From: Candidatus Omnitrophota bacterium | GTDB lineage: Bacteria > Omnitrophota > Gorgyraeia > Gygaellales > Profunditerraquicolaceae | Direction: 5' to 3' | Assembly: GCA_016208765.1 (NCBI GenBank) | Contig: JACQXK010000004.1 | Location: 20,243 to 84,242, forward strand | DNA: 64,000 nt | Program-made: the position numbers and the translations under genes | In this document: piece after piece, positions 19,204-29,308 of the stretch | How positions within the stretch are numbered: position 1 is the first letter of the stretch | Layout: every line of letters starts with the position of its first letter | The notes under the pieces: model-generated | Database searches by the model: none | What the model was told of the DNA's origin: nothing | What the model saw: the letters and a program-made list of their open reading frames with translations, nothing else

Positions 19204-20785
19204 TTGCCTTTGCCTCTATCGGCACAAACACGCTGACCGTTGTCCCTTGACCGATTTTACTGCGTATCTTTATATCTCCGCCATGCGCCCTGATTATCCC
19301 CGCGCAAACAGAGAGCCCAAGGCCCGTGCCTTTTTCTTTGGTCGTGAAAAACGGGTCAAAAATCTTTAATAAATTCTCATCAGGGATACCGCTTCCCGTA
19401 TCTGTAACATCTACCTGAATATTAGCGCCGTTAAATGAAGTGATTACCGTAACAAAGCCTCCCTCCGGCATAGCTTCGCTGGCATTATTTAAAAGATTCA
19501 TAAAAATTTCCTGCATATGTTTTTCATCAACTTTAGCGGCGGGAAGATTTTTATCGTATGAACGCATTATTTTAACATTCTTCAATTTGTATTGGTGTTC
19601 AACTAAATTAATGGTATTCTCCACCACATCATTAATATTAAGCAATGTCATTTCGCCTTTGCTTGGCTTTGAAAACATTAACAACCGGTCAATGATTGTT
19701 TTGGCTCGGTCGCATTGTTCCATTATCAATTTCAGGTTATTCTCTATGCCTTGATTATTTACCCCCAACATTAAAGAAAGCTGCGCCCTCCCGTAAATTA
19801 CCATCAAAGGGTTGTTTACTTCGTGCGCCATATCGGAGACAAGCTTGCCAAGCTGGGCCAGCCTCTGGGAATTTTCAATCTTTTTACGCTCGGTAATATC
19901 CCGGGTTACACCCAGAAATCCGAGAGCAATATTTTCTTCATTGCGGATAAAAACTGCCTTGACCTCGCCTAAGACCAAATGACCGTCTTTATGCATCAAC
20001 CCGACCTCAAGAGTTTTCATTCTCTTTAAATCTTTTTCCGGGAGATTCTCTTTTTCCACTTCCTCAAGAAAAGCCTTCTTAATACTTTCTGCCGAACCGG
20101 GAGAAAGCATCTTCTCTATGCCCATTGCCAAAGATTCTTCAATGGTATAGCCTAATAAAGAAGTAATTGCCGGGCTAATATAAGTATAATGCAATGAAAG
20201 ATCTGATGTCCAAATAACATCACTGGCATTTTCAGCAAGCAGGCGGTATTTTTTTTCACTTTCTGCAAGGGCTTGTTCGGCTTTTCTGCGCTTGATTATA
20301 CCGGCTAAAACATTTGCCACTGAATTAAGAAGATCTATTTTATACTGTTCCCGTATGCTGCCGGCTTTAATATAAAGATTGATTACCCCTAAAATCTGTC
20401 CGTCGGAAAGTATGGGCACACAATAATGCCCGTGAGGCATGATTCCGGGAGTTACATTTTCATGGCGCTCATCAACACAATCCGCAAATACAATTTCTTT
20501 TGAAGCCGCAGCTCTGCCGCAAAGGCACCTGCCAAAAGGCAGATAACAGCATACTTTCTGCAATTCATTGCTTAAACCTCTCACTGCCTTCATAACCAGG
20601 ACTTCAGGGTTTTCTTCTACGAGAAAAATTGCCCCTTTTGATTCAAGAGAGAGCCACGAAATGGAAACTATCACATCAATGGTCTTCTCAAGCATCTCTT
20701 TAAGCGTAATGTTCTCTAAGGAGATCCCGATTATTTGATAAAGGATTTCGTGGACTTGGCAAATCTGAGGATTTTCTTGTTCCAT
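19196..20785 (-). CDS. Cytoplasmic GAF-PAS histidine kinase (NtrB-type)
   Basis: GAF (CLCG, HGHYCVP), PAS/PAC (RDITERK), AHEVNNPL, DPFFTTK, GTGLGL. Confidence 0.92.
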   Translation of the reverse strand: MEQENPQICQVHEILYQIIGISLENITLKEMLEKTIDVIVSISWLSLESKGAIFLVEENPEVLVMKAVRGLSNELQKVCCYLPFGRCLCGRAAASKEIVFADCVDERHENVTPGIMPHGHYCVPILSDGQILGVINLYIKAGSIREQYKIDLLNSVANVLAGIIKRRKAEQALAESEKKYRLLAENASDVIWTSDLSLHYTYISPAITSLLGYTIEESLAMGIEKMLSPGSAESIKKAFLEEVEKENLPEKDLKRMKTLEVGLMHKDGHLVLGEVKAVFIRNEENIALGFLGVTRDITERKKIENSQRLAQLGKLVSDMAHEVNNPLMVIYGRAQLSLMLGVNNQGIENNLKLIMEQCDRAKTIIDRLLMFSKPSKGEMTLLNINDVVENTINLVEHQYKLKNVKIMRSYDKNLPAAKVDEKHMQEIFMNLLNNASEAMPEGGFVTVITSFNGANIQVDVTDTGSGIPDENLLKIFDPFFTTKEKGTGLGLSVCAGIIRAHGGDIKIRSKIGQGTTVSVFVPIEAKANV

Positions 20786-20917
20786 AATAGGCCCCTCTTA
20801 ATCCATTGATTTAGCTGGAATAGCGCGGCCCTAAAAACCACGTTTATAAAATACATGATTATCAGGGCCGCTAAAGAAATTCATTTCAAGAACCTTAAAG
20901 CTAACAGCAAACAAGAT

Positions 20918-21133
20918 TTATTCTTTTGCAATCGCAAATGTAATTAACGCTGCAAGAATAAGAAACGGCCCTGCGCAGGCCTTAATCATAAACCAGGTAT
21001 ACCCCCACCACATCCTGCCGATTAACAAATAGCCCCCAAGAATCAAAAGGACCAAGCCTAAAATAACTTTAAACATTCCTGAAACCCCTTTGCCACAGCA
21101 CTTCTTTTGCTCTTGCTTAATTTCTTCCGCCAT
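20918..21133 (-). CDS. Small hypothetical membrane protein (2 TM)
   Basis: GGAGG RBS before MAEEIK; two hydrophobic helices. Confidence 0.7.
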   Translation of the reverse strand: MAEEIKQEQKKCCGKGVSGMFKVILGLVLLILGGYLLIGRMWWGYTWFMIKACAGPFLILAALITFAIAKE

Positions 21134-21147
21134 TTCTTCCTCCTTGT

Positions 21148-22059
21148 TTAATGAGCTTCTGTTTTCCATCTTCTGTGCACCCAGCCCCACTCAGCCGGAT
21201 ACCTCCGGATATACTCCTCAATTACATTTGTTAAACGCTGAATATTTATCGCCACTGTTTCCTGCGCCGTGGCTGCTTCTTCTAATTTTATTTCCGGGGC
21301 AAAAATTATTTTATGCGTATCATCGGGCTGACGGACAATAAAACAAGGCAAGAGGCTTGCCTTGGTGCGCTGGGCCAAAACTACCGGCCCTGTTGCCGTG
21401 GCAGCTTTTTTGCCGAAGAAATCCACAAAGATCCCCCCTGTTCCAAAATTCTGGTCAATAGGGATAAAAACGATTTCATTATTACGCAGGGCCTCAATAG
21501 TTTTATTTACACAAGCAATGCGCGGCTGGCTATAAATGGTCCTGATCCCCAAACGATTACGCTTTCTTAAAAACATTTTTTCTACACGCTCGTCGTGCAT
21601 TGGCCGCATAATGCCGCCGGTCTTATAACCTTCAAGGCTAAGCCTTGCCATTAACAACGGAAAATTACCAAAATGAGCGCTGACTAAAATTACCCCTTTG
21701 CCTCTGTTTAATGCGTTATCAAGAATTTGCCTGTCGCAAAAACCTACCCGCTCCTTAAGCAATAGCGGCTTGTCCATTAAAAAAAGAAGTTCAATTGCTC
21801 CTTTTGCCATATAAGAAAAACAGTCCCGGGCAATTTTTTCTCTCTCTTCTTTTGTCTTCTCTTTGCCAAAAGCAATCTCAAGGCTCTCTAAGGCAATTTT
21901 ACGCTGGCGCTTGGCAAAACGATATCCCAAAGAACTAATCCCGCGGGCAAAGGCATAAAGATAACCCGAAGGAATGAATCTTACCATAAAAGAACTTAAG
22001 TTCAACCCGGCCCAGCCAAAAAAACGGCTGATATTCTTCTTAATTTTCTTGCGATCCAT
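21148..22059 (-). CDS. LpxL/HtrB-family lipid acyltransferase
   Basis: SAHFGNF, IDQN, VDFFG, PAEWGWVHRRWK. Confidence 0.88.
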   Translation of the reverse strand: MDRKKIKKNISRFFGWAGLNLSSFMVRFIPSGYLYAFARGISSLGYRFAKRQRKIALESLEIAFGKEKTKEEREKIARDCFSYMAKGAIELLFLMDKPLLLKERVGFCDRQILDNALNRGKGVILVSAHFGNFPLLMARLSLEGYKTGGIMRPMHDERVEKMFLRKRNRLGIRTIYSQPRIACVNKTIEALRNNEIVFIPIDQNFGTGGIFVDFFGKKAATATGPVVLAQRTKASLLPCFIVRQPDDTHKIIFAPEIKLEEAATAQETVAINIQRLTNVIEEYIRRYPAEWGWVHRRWKTEAH

Positions 22060-22136
22060 TACAGAATTATAACAAAATAAAAATTAAAATTAAAGTGGTT
22101 TGTATTTTCATTAGTGTTTAAGTTGAGAGGCTTCAC

Positions 22137-22622
22137 TTATAATTTATAACCTATTTTGCGAAGCAACCCTTTACGCCACGAAATATCAGTTTCTTCTTCA
22201 ATCCCTTTTGGCTTTGCTCCATCCACCACGCCCAGCACCCCGCGCGCTCCGTCGGTATTCTCTGCCACAACCACCTCAACCTGATTAGCAGTTGCACAAA
22301 AGATATTGCACACCTCGGGTATATTCTTAATGGCATTTAAAACATTTATCGGATAGGCGTTGCGCAAAAAAATAATAAAGGTGTGGCCTGCGCCGATCTC
22401 TAAGGCGTTCTCCGCGGCTAGATTTTTTAATTCCAAATCAGTGCCCTCACACCTAACCTTGCATGCTCCTGATGACTCCACAAACGCTAAACCAAATTTT
22501 ATGCCAGGGACATTATTTACCAACACCTCATACAAGTCCTCAACCGTTTTAATAAAATGGCTCTGCCCGAGAATCAAATTTATTTCTTCAGGCTTTTTAA
22601 TTTTAAAAGATTTGATCTCCAT
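22137..22622 (-). CDS. Adenosine-specific kinase family (DUF355)
   Basis: [43 protein letters not shown]. Confidence 0.85.
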   Translation of the reverse strand: MEIKSFKIKKPEEINLILGQSHFIKTVEDLYEVLVNNVPGIKFGLAFVESSGACKVRCEGTDLELKNLAAENALEIGAGHTFIIFLRNAYPINVLNAIKNIPEVCNIFCATANQVEVVVAENTDGARGVLGVVDGAKPKGIEEETDISWRKGLLRKIGYKL

Positions 22623-22648
22623 TACCGCTCCTCTTGTTCAAAATGTAA

Positions 22649-24052
22649 CTACTTTATCTCTATCTTTCTAAAGGCAGTGGCATCCACGGGAACCTTACCG
22701 CCATAGGCCCTAAGCGAAGTTAAAATAAAATCAGGATTACCCAATAATTCCAAGGGCAGCCGCAGAATAAGCGCATGCTTATTCACCTCAACGCTTACGC
22801 CCGTAGAAGGAACCACCCTACCTTTATTGATTATTTTGACTTGATTATACTGGGTAAGGATGCGGATCTTAGGCATTTTTTCAAAAGGGGTTTTGTTGCT
22901 AAACCCGAAAAGAAGAAGCGCTACCTTAAACCTGCGGCTGATATTCTCCTCTTTTTCAACACGCACCAATAAATTATTATCTACAACCGCGTAGCTAACC
23001 TGGCCCTGATCATCAACTAAATCATCCAGCCGGCCCAAAGAAGCGCTCTCTGAATCAGAATACATTTTAGAAAAACCAAGAAATGAAATCGCCTTCTCTT
23101 TCAGGCTCATCTGTCTTGACAAAGTAATCTCTGAATATTTTGAAAATAATTCATTCCTGCGCACAAATGACAGCAAATAAAAGGCGCTTGACTTTGTTTG
23201 ACTCTTATAGCAAAGCATTGCCTTATGCTTTTGTTCAACCTCATCAGGGCTAAGCCCCAGGTCATACCAAGACAAGTCTTGGCTCAAAAGATTTTCCGGA
23301 GGCGTTAAGCTCATCTCAGGATGATAATGGCGCGGAAGAGGCCATCCGGCGTGATGAACCAAATAAGGATAAACCTTTGGAACAGGAATTTTATCTTTTA
23401 ATTCCCACAGGGCAACTTCACAAAATAAATAGCATGCCTTGTGGTCACCATTTGTGTCAGCAGGATGCGAAACAAATATTTTATCAGGCTTATAATCCTG
23501 AATAATTTGCTTGAAATCCTTTAAAATACTCTCACCAGTATAAGGAGAACCATACGAATAGTTATTCTTGTACGGTACCGAAGTAACGCGGGTAAGCAAA
23601 CTTTTAAACGGTTTCAAGCTTTGCCAATATCTGTTAAAAATAGCCAATGTCCCAAAATCAGGGTAACCCAGAAAAACCAGGTTGTTTTCCTTAAGGCCCA
23701 ATAATTTCATCGCCGCAACCGCTTCTTTCCGACGCACCTCCCCCATATGCAAGAATTCGCCCTTTCTTAGCGTCAGCCTTTTTTCATAAACAATAAAAGC
23801 AAGTTGATTATGGTCGCCGTTAGTTAAATAAACAACCTTGATCTCGGCCCCGGCCTTAAGCGCATGCTGGATAACCCCTGCGCAGCCAATGGTTTCATCA
23901 TCAGGATGCGGAGCAAAAATAAGGACACGCTCGCCTTTTTTAAACGGCTCAAGCTCAAAAATCTGGGCCTTTGGGCTAATGGTATCGGCTATAATTGAGG
24001 TGGAACTCAAAATAGCTGAAAATATAAAAATTATAAAAATTATTCGTCTCAA
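22649..24052 (-). CDS. Exported PIG-L/LmbE-family deacetylase with an extra C-terminal domain
   Basis: APHPDDE, LTNGD, RRKEA, LGYPD, DTNGDH, YKSQ. Start reset to TTG 24052 after AAGGAGA. Confidence 0.85.
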   Translation of the reverse strand: MRRIIFIIFIFSAILSSTSIIADTISPKAQIFELEPFKKGERVLIFAPHPDDETIGCAGVIQHALKAGAEIKVVYLTNGDHNQLAFIVYEKRLTLRKGEFLHMGEVRRKEAVAAMKLLGLKENNLVFLGYPDFGTLAIFNRYWQSLKPFKSLLTRVTSVPYKNNYSYGSPYTGESILKDFKQIIQDYKPDKIFVSHPADTNGDHKACYLFCEVALWELKDKIPVPKVYPYLVHHAGWPLPRHYHPEMSLTPPENLLSQDLSWYDLGLSPDEVEQKHKAMLCYKSQTKSSAFYLLSFVRRNELFSKYSEITLSRQMSLKEKAISFLGFSKMYSDSESASLGRLDDLVDDQGQVSYAVVDNNLLVRVEKEENISRRFKVALLLFGFSNKTPFEKMPKIRILTQYNQVKIINKGRVVPSTGVSVEVNKHALILRLPLELLGNPDFILTSLRAYGGKVPVDATAFRKIEIK

Positions 24053-24090
24053 GATTCTCCTTACTGTTCTTATTACATTTAGGTAAGTGA

Positions 24091-24119
24091 ATTTTAACAA
24101 GAATGAGCCTTGGTGTCAA
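24091..24119 (-). promoter_or_regulatory. sigma70-type promoter
   Basis: TTGACA-17 nt-TAAAAT with TGn extension. Confidence 0.65.
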
Positions 24120-24179
24120 TTATAATTCTCTAAAGCTAACTAAATCAGGAGATAAAAATGGAAGGTTATTAAGAAAAAT

Positions 24180-24258
24180 AAAAAAGGTAAAGGGAAATTT
24201 ATTTTGCTTTTTGTATTGGGCATTGCCTGCCCGCTGGTAGTTTCCCTTTACCTTTTTT
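24180..24258. other. Perfect 18-bp inverted repeat; candidate small RNA
   Basis: AAAAAAGGTAAAGGGAAA (24180-24197) pairs with TTTCCCTTTACCTTTTTT (24241-24258). A TTGAAA-16-TATACT minus-strand promoter lies at 24280-24307. Confidence 0.55.
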
Positions 24259-24378
24259 GTATCAACAAACCTCAAAGAAAGTATAACATATCAGCTTGAA
24301 TTTTCAAGAGGAAGTGATAAAAAATATGTTTCATGTAACTACTTTGCTGCCAAAGAGTTATATTCTGGATAAAATCTG

Positions 24379-24792
24379 TTATTTTCCAATAATCTTAAAT
24401 GAAACAAAAGCCTTATCACTTTTCTCTCCGCCATAAGAAATCTGGCGCAGGCATATTGTATAAACCTGGCCTTGCTCAAAAGTTTCGGCCTTAATTAAAA
24501 GAAAGTTTTTGTCTGAAGGGGCATTTTCTGAAAACATCAACCCCGACTCATACATATTATAACCTTTGTACAATTTAAGTTCAAAATGATCTACTTCAGC
24601 CGGCTTTAAGCTGATCCATTTACACTCAAGGCTGTCTTTCCCCGTTAAATCAACTTCATCAGAACGCGGTATGATTATTTCCGGAGCCGGAGGCGCTTCA
24701 AAAGGAAACCTCTCAAATCCGCTTGCGAATCCGGATACCGTTACTAAAAAGAAACTAAAGAAACTAAAACATACAAACACAACCTTTTTCAT
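24379..24792 (-). CDS. Hypothetical exported beta-rich protein
   Basis: Signal peptide; overlaps the stop of the M48 gene. Confidence 0.7.
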   Translation of the reverse strand: MKKVVFVCFSFFSFFLVTVSGFASGFERFPFEAPPAPEIIIPRSDEVDLTGKDSLECKWISLKPAEVDHFELKLYKGYNMYESGLMFSENAPSDKNFLLIKAETFEQGQVYTICLRQISYGGEKSDKAFVSFKIIGK

Positions 24793-25883
24793 TTCATCCT
24801 CCTTGCCATTTCAATACGCTCGTCTATAGGCGGGTGGTCAAAAAAGAAGAATTTAATTATTGGGTTTGGCTTTCGGTCAGCCAAGTTCTGGGAAGCCAGC
24901 TTTTCCATCATTGAAATAAATGCTTCTTTGTTTTGGGTTACCTCAACAGCCATCTTATCGGCATTTCTTTCCATTAAGCGGCTCAGGAAGTTACCTAATG
25001 GCTCCATCACAAAACCAAAGATAACAAAATATAGAAAAACTAACGGCAAAGCCGCTATTTCCGACAAGGAAGAAAAACCAAAAAAGCCCAATACAAAATT
25101 GTTACTCCTAAAAATGATAAAAAAACAAATCAATGTCACCAAAGAATTTGCCAGGATCAGCTTAAAAAGATGCTTCATTTTGTAATGCGCAAACTCGTGA
25201 GCTAAAATCGCCTCAATTTCATCATGGGTATATTTATCTTTTAAAGTATCTGCTAAAATTACGCGCCGCGTTGACCCCCAGCCGACAAAGGCGGCATTTG
25301 CCTTTAAGGTCTTTTTGCTGAAATCTATTTCAAAACAATTTAAAATACTTATTCTCATTTTTTCTCCGAGCTTCATAATCCTTAAGCGCAAAGGCTCATC
25401 AGTAAGCTGCTTATATTTAAAAAATAGCGGTATAATAACCACCGGAAGAAGTTTTGCAAAAATAAAATTAAAACAAATCCAGAACAAAGACACCCACAAC
25501 CACCACGCCCCGGGGCTAAGGTGCAAAATAATATAAAAAGAACCAACCAGGATCAGGGAAACTAAATACGAAATAATCCCTGATTTTAGCTGATCCAGTA
25601 TCCAGTCGCTAATTTTTTGCGATGAAAGCGAGAATTTATGCTCAAGGGTAAAACTGCGGTAGAAATTTAATGGCAGGGAAACAAAATAATAGATCAGTAA
25701 AGCAAAAAAAAGATATAACGCCAAAACTAAAAAACCATTTACAGAAATTACCTCAATAGCTGAGGTTAAAGAACGTGAAAACCCTGCTTTTAGAAAAACA
25801 AAAAGAAAGATAACTAAAAGCAGGATATCCAGGATTGCGCAAGTATATTTAAGATTTGAGTACTTTTTTGCTTGGCTCAACAT
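24789..25883 (-). CDS. M48 (Ste24-like) membrane zinc protease
   Basis: NAAFVG, LAHEFAH, ERNAD, HPPIDER. Start at MLSQAK is tentative. Confidence 0.9.
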   Translation of the reverse strand: MLSQAKKYSNLKYTCAILDILLLVIFLFVFLKAGFSRSLTSAIEVISVNGFLVLALYLFFALLIYYFVSLPLNFYRSFTLEHKFSLSSQKISDWILDQLKSGIISYLVSLILVGSFYIILHLSPGAWWLWVSLFWICFNFIFAKLLPVVIIPLFFKYKQLTDEPLRLRIMKLGEKMRISILNCFEIDFSKKTLKANAAFVGWGSTRRVILADTLKDKYTHDEIEAILAHEFAHYKMKHLFKLILANSLVTLICFFIIFRSNNFVLGFFGFSSLSEIAALPLVFLYFVIFGFVMEPLGNFLSRLMERNADKMAVEVTQNKEAFISMMEKLASQNLADRKPNPIIKFFFFDHPPIDERIEMARRMK

Positions 25884-26097
25884 TGACAAACGTGCGGAAT
25901 TTTCCGTGACTGGTTTTTTTGCGGCTAAAATTAACTGTGCCGTCGCAAAGCGCAAATATCGTGCCTTGCCCTCTGGTATTTAAGCCAGTTTTATAAGTGT
26001 TGATGCCGCGGATAAGGATCTGCCCGGTCTTTACGGTTTGGCCGCAAGCCACTTTTACAGCTTTATCCTTTTTTGGGGTAGAAAAACCACCTGTCAT
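25849..26097 (-). CDS. rpmA: Divergent ribosomal protein bL27-like
   Basis: AAGGAGG RBS; VK..GQTVKTGQILIR, G.N, TIFALCDGTVNF, RTFVNV. Confidence 0.8.
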   Translation of the reverse strand: MTGGFSTPKKDKAVKVACGQTVKTGQILIRGINTYKTGLNTRGQGTIFALCDGTVNFSRKKTSHGKFRTFVNVEPSKKVLKS

Positions 26098-26167
26098 GAC
26101 GCCCTCCTTAAAATTATTATCGTCTGTTATTAAGTTTGCTTGAGTTGTAAATAATAGCACAAAATCA

Positions 26168-27562
26168 TCAATCAAGCAAGACTTCTTCATCCTTTTGCGG
26201 CAGGTAAACATTAAGCCCCTTTTGGGCTAAGGTCTCATATAAAGCCTGGCTCTCGTCCAAATCCCCATGCACAAGAAAAATACGCTTTAAAGGAAGGCAC
26301 GCGCCTACAAAATCCACCAGCTCATTCCTGTCCGCATGCCCGGAAAAAGAATTGATAATCACCACCTCGGCGTTTAACTCATGCTCAATACCAAAGATAC
26401 GCACCACCGGCAGGCGCTCAACAATTCTCCTGCCCAGGGTGTCCTTGGCCATATACCCAACCACCAAAATGGTATTGCGGGAATCCTCCATATTATTCTT
26501 TAAATGGTGCAGGATCCTCCCGGACTCGCACATTCCGCTTCCGGCAATAATGATCATCGGCCTCTTTTCAAGATTCAAGGCCTTGGAATCCCTTTGTTCA
26601 CGGACAAACCTGAGGTTCAATAATTCAAAGGGGCTTGCGCCTGAAGAAATCGCCAACTGGCTTTTTTCATTCAAGAAACTTGCATGATGCTTAAATAATC
26701 CCGTGATATCAATGGCCAAAGGGCTGTCCACATAAATGGGTATTGAAGGGATCGCTTTTTCTTTTAAGAGCTCATTCAGGAAATAGAGCACTTCCTGTGT
26801 GCGCTCCAAGGCAAAAGAAGGAATCAGGATTTTCCCATTGCGCTCAACCGTACGCCTTATCGCCTCTCTTAGTTTAATTTTAGCTTCCTGTATGGGCGCG
26901 TGCAGCCGCATGCCATAAGTACTTTCTAATATAAGGTAATCCAGTCCCTTTGGCACATGCGGGTCATTTAAAAACGGCAGGTTTTTTCTTCCCAGATCAA
27001 CGGCATATCCTACCCGGATCTCTTTGTTTTCACAAAGAATATCTAAAACTGCAATTCCCGAACCAAGAATATGCCCGGCGTCAAACAAAGTAACAAATAT
27101 ATCCTTAGCAATACAAAATCTCTGCCGGTAAGAAATTGAACGAAACCTGTGAGTAGCTTGGCTTGCTTCATTTTTGGTATAGAGCGGCTTACGAAGCGGC
27201 AGGCCTAATCTTTTGTTAATTTTATTTACATAGCGCACATCTTCTTCCTGAATCTTACCGGAATCCTCCAGCATCAATTTACAAAGATCCTTGGTGGCAG
27301 AAGTGGTGTAGACCTTGCAACGCAGGCCTTTTTTTATTAGGCTCGGGATGTTTCCGGAGTGGTCAATGTGCGCATGCGATAAAACCAGTGCCTTAATAAT
27401 ACGCGGATTAAAAGTAAAAGTGGTGTTACGGGCGTAAAACTCATCACGCCTGCCCTGATAAAGCCCTCCATCTAAAAGAATATCCGATTTATCCGTAGAA
27501 ATAAGGTGGCTTGAACCGGTAACCGTCCTTACTCCTCCTAAAAACTTGATCTTTGCCGGCAT
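26168..27562 (-). CDS. MBL-fold beta-CASP ribonuclease
   Basis: VTGS, SHAHIDHSG, AGHILGS, ESTYG, PSFALER, SGMCESGRI, SGHAD, VHG. Confidence 0.92.
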   Translation of the reverse strand: MPAKIKFLGGVRTVTGSSHLISTDKSDILLDGGLYQGRRDEFYARNTTFTFNPRIIKALVLSHAHIDHSGNIPSLIKKGLRCKVYTTSATKDLCKLMLEDSGKIQEEDVRYVNKINKRLGLPLRKPLYTKNEASQATHRFRSISYRQRFCIAKDIFVTLFDAGHILGSGIAVLDILCENKEIRVGYAVDLGRKNLPFLNDPHVPKGLDYLILESTYGMRLHAPIQEAKIKLREAIRRTVERNGKILIPSFALERTQEVLYFLNELLKEKAIPSIPIYVDSPLAIDITGLFKHHASFLNEKSQLAISSGASPFELLNLRFVREQRDSKALNLEKRPMIIIAGSGMCESGRILHHLKNNMEDSRNTILVVGYMAKDTLGRRIVERLPVVRIFGIEHELNAEVVIINSFSGHADRNELVDFVGACLPLKRIFLVHGDLDESQALYETLAQKGLNVYLPQKDEEVLLD

Positions 27563-27567
27563 AGAAT

Positions 27568-28248
27568 TTAATCCCGAGAGCTGATTTTAAAAACTACCAT
27601 GATAACTAAAACCACGTAAATCAGGCTGACATACATCAAAATCCTGTTATCCTGAAAATATCCGATGATGGCCACAGGATTGGTTAAAATATTCTTACCC
27701 ACTCCGTAAAGAACCGACTGGACCCAAAACATCTTTAAAGGAGAGCCGAGGATCACCGCCAAAAAATACCGGGTAAATTTAATCCTTGTTAATCCGGCGG
27801 CTAAATCCATAAAACGGTAGGGGATTAATGGTGCGGCCCTAAAAATAAACAACCAGATAAAACTGATCCTGCCCAATTTCTCATCAAGATGGCGGTACTT
27901 TTCAGCTACCCTTTTTTCCACAAATCCTCTTCCGAAGCGCCGAGCAAGATAAAATAGAATATATGCATTTATTGCCTCGGAAATACAAATTAGAACTGTG
28001 CTATATCCGGGCCCGAAGAACAAAGCGCCGGTAAGCCAAAACACATCTTTAGAGAAAAATATAAAAAAACTGACAATAACATACAGAAAGACATAGATAA
28101 TACTGCTGTAAAACAGAGGAAATGCGCGCAGCGAGTTTATAATTGTATCCGGATCAAGGCGCAGCGACCTGCCTGCATACCAAACCCAGAATAAAACAAT
28201 TATCAAAACAAAAAACTCAATTTCATGCCGGTGTTTTCTAATATTCAT
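27568..28248 (-). CDS. TVP38/DedA (VTT domain) membrane protein
   Basis: GALFFG, ARRFGR, FRAAPLIPY, AAGLT. Confidence 0.85.
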   Translation of the reverse strand: MNIRKHRHEIEFFVLIIVLFWVWYAGRSLRLDPDTIINSLRAFPLFYSSIIYVFLYVIVSFFIFFSKDVFWLTGALFFGPGYSTVLICISEAINAYILFYLARRFGRGFVEKRVAEKYRHLDEKLGRISFIWLFIFRAAPLIPYRFMDLAAGLTRIKFTRYFLAVILGSPLKMFWVQSVLYGVGKNILTNPVAIIGYFQDNRILMYVSLIYVVLVIMVVFKISSRD

Positions 28249-28368
28249 AAGCGGTTTATTGGTAATCAGAGTAGAATTTTTCTTACTTCATCATATTTCA
28301 AAATCATTATAATAAAAGGGGTTGTGGTTGTAAAGACAAATAAAGCTTAATAATATATGGAGCTTATC

Positions 28369-28455
28369 AACAATAAAAGCTTCTGTTCACGCACGAGATT
28401 TCTTGCCGTTGCCAGAAAAATCTCTAATTGTGAGCTCACAGAAACTTTTATTGCT
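28369..28455 (+). repeat. Repeat family A, copy 2
   Basis: CAATAAAAGCTTCTGT...ACAGAAACTTTTATTG with inner GAGATTT..GCCGTTGCC..AAATCTC hairpin. Confidence 0.85.
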
Positions 28456-28482
28456 TTATAAATATAATTTTGAAAATAAGAT

Positions 28483-29049
28483 TTAGCGGATGTCGCTTGC
28501 TACGTCAGATTCTAACTGGGTATTGCCAGAGTGATTATTTCTTAAAACAACTTTAACTGCCTCTTTCTTAGCGGTAGCGAAAGTGATTTTTTCCCAATCC
28601 GGGAATTGTTCCTGGATTGCCCCTGCTAAAGTTGGTGAATTGGTTTGGATCAGCTGTTTATTTGATATAAAGCTAAAATACTTTCCTTCTTTAAAGATAA
28701 AAATAGCATGAGACTGATTGACCCCCTGAAATTTTATTACCACGATATCCCCTTTAATCCCTTTACGCCCAAGAAGTTCCTTGCTCAAAATAGCAAAATC
28801 TTCGCAATCACCTTTCTTGAGGCGTAATGTTTCTTCAGCAGACTGCCAGCGGTCAGGCATTTCTGTTTCATATCTGAATTCCTTGTTAAACCAAAGGGAC
28901 AAATCCTGGGCAGATTTAAGCTGGTTAGCTACGCTTTGTATAGTTTGAGAAAAAGCAGGATTAATGAAAATAAGGCCATTAAGCAAAAAACCAAGGCTTA
29001 AGATTGCTATCTTTATTACTTTTGTTATTTTTAAAGCTTTATTGTTCAT
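28483..29049 (-). CDS. Exported transglutaminase-like cysteine peptidase
   Basis: WQSAEETL..KKGDCEDFA and HA motifs; signal peptide. Start reset after GAGGAGG. Confidence 0.8.
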   Translation of the reverse strand: MNNKALKITKVIKIAILSLGFLLNGLIFINPAFSQTIQSVANQLKSAQDLSLWFNKEFRYETEMPDRWQSAEETLRLKKGDCEDFAILSKELLGRKGIKGDIVVIKFQGVNQSHAIFIFKEGKYFSFISNKQLIQTNSPTLAGAIQEQFPDWEKITFATAKKEAVKVVLRNNHSGNTQLESDVASDIR

Positions 29050-29068
29050 CTCTCCTCCTCTCAATTTA

Positions 29069-29288
29069 AGTATAACACAATTTCTACATATTTCAAGTAA
29101 AATAGAGAGATATGTAGAAATAGATAACAACTTATGGTCCTGTATTGTAACATGCTGCTGAATAGGCAGTTACAACACATAATTCATTGAGCTCTCATGA
29201 TAATTCTTAAGTAATTCTTCATCATTTATGAATAATTCATGAAAAATGTAGAAATTTCCTTGACAGGCTTCAGTTTTTTGGGTATATT
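29069..29288. promoter_or_regulatory. Divergent promoter region with repeated ATGTAGAAAT boxes
   Basis: Minus TTGAAA-16-TATACT (29069-29096); plus TTGACA-17-TATATT (29260-29288). Boxes at 29080-29090 (reverse complement), 29111-29121 and 29246-29255. Confidence 0.6.
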
Positions 29289-29308
29289 ATAAGTGGGAGG
29301 CGAATATA

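Noticed and set aside
20821-20873. Imperfect inverted repeat TAGCG(C)GGCCCT...AGGGCCGCTA
   Set aside because: It is single-copy with a large loop and no adjacent T tract, so its function cannot be supported.
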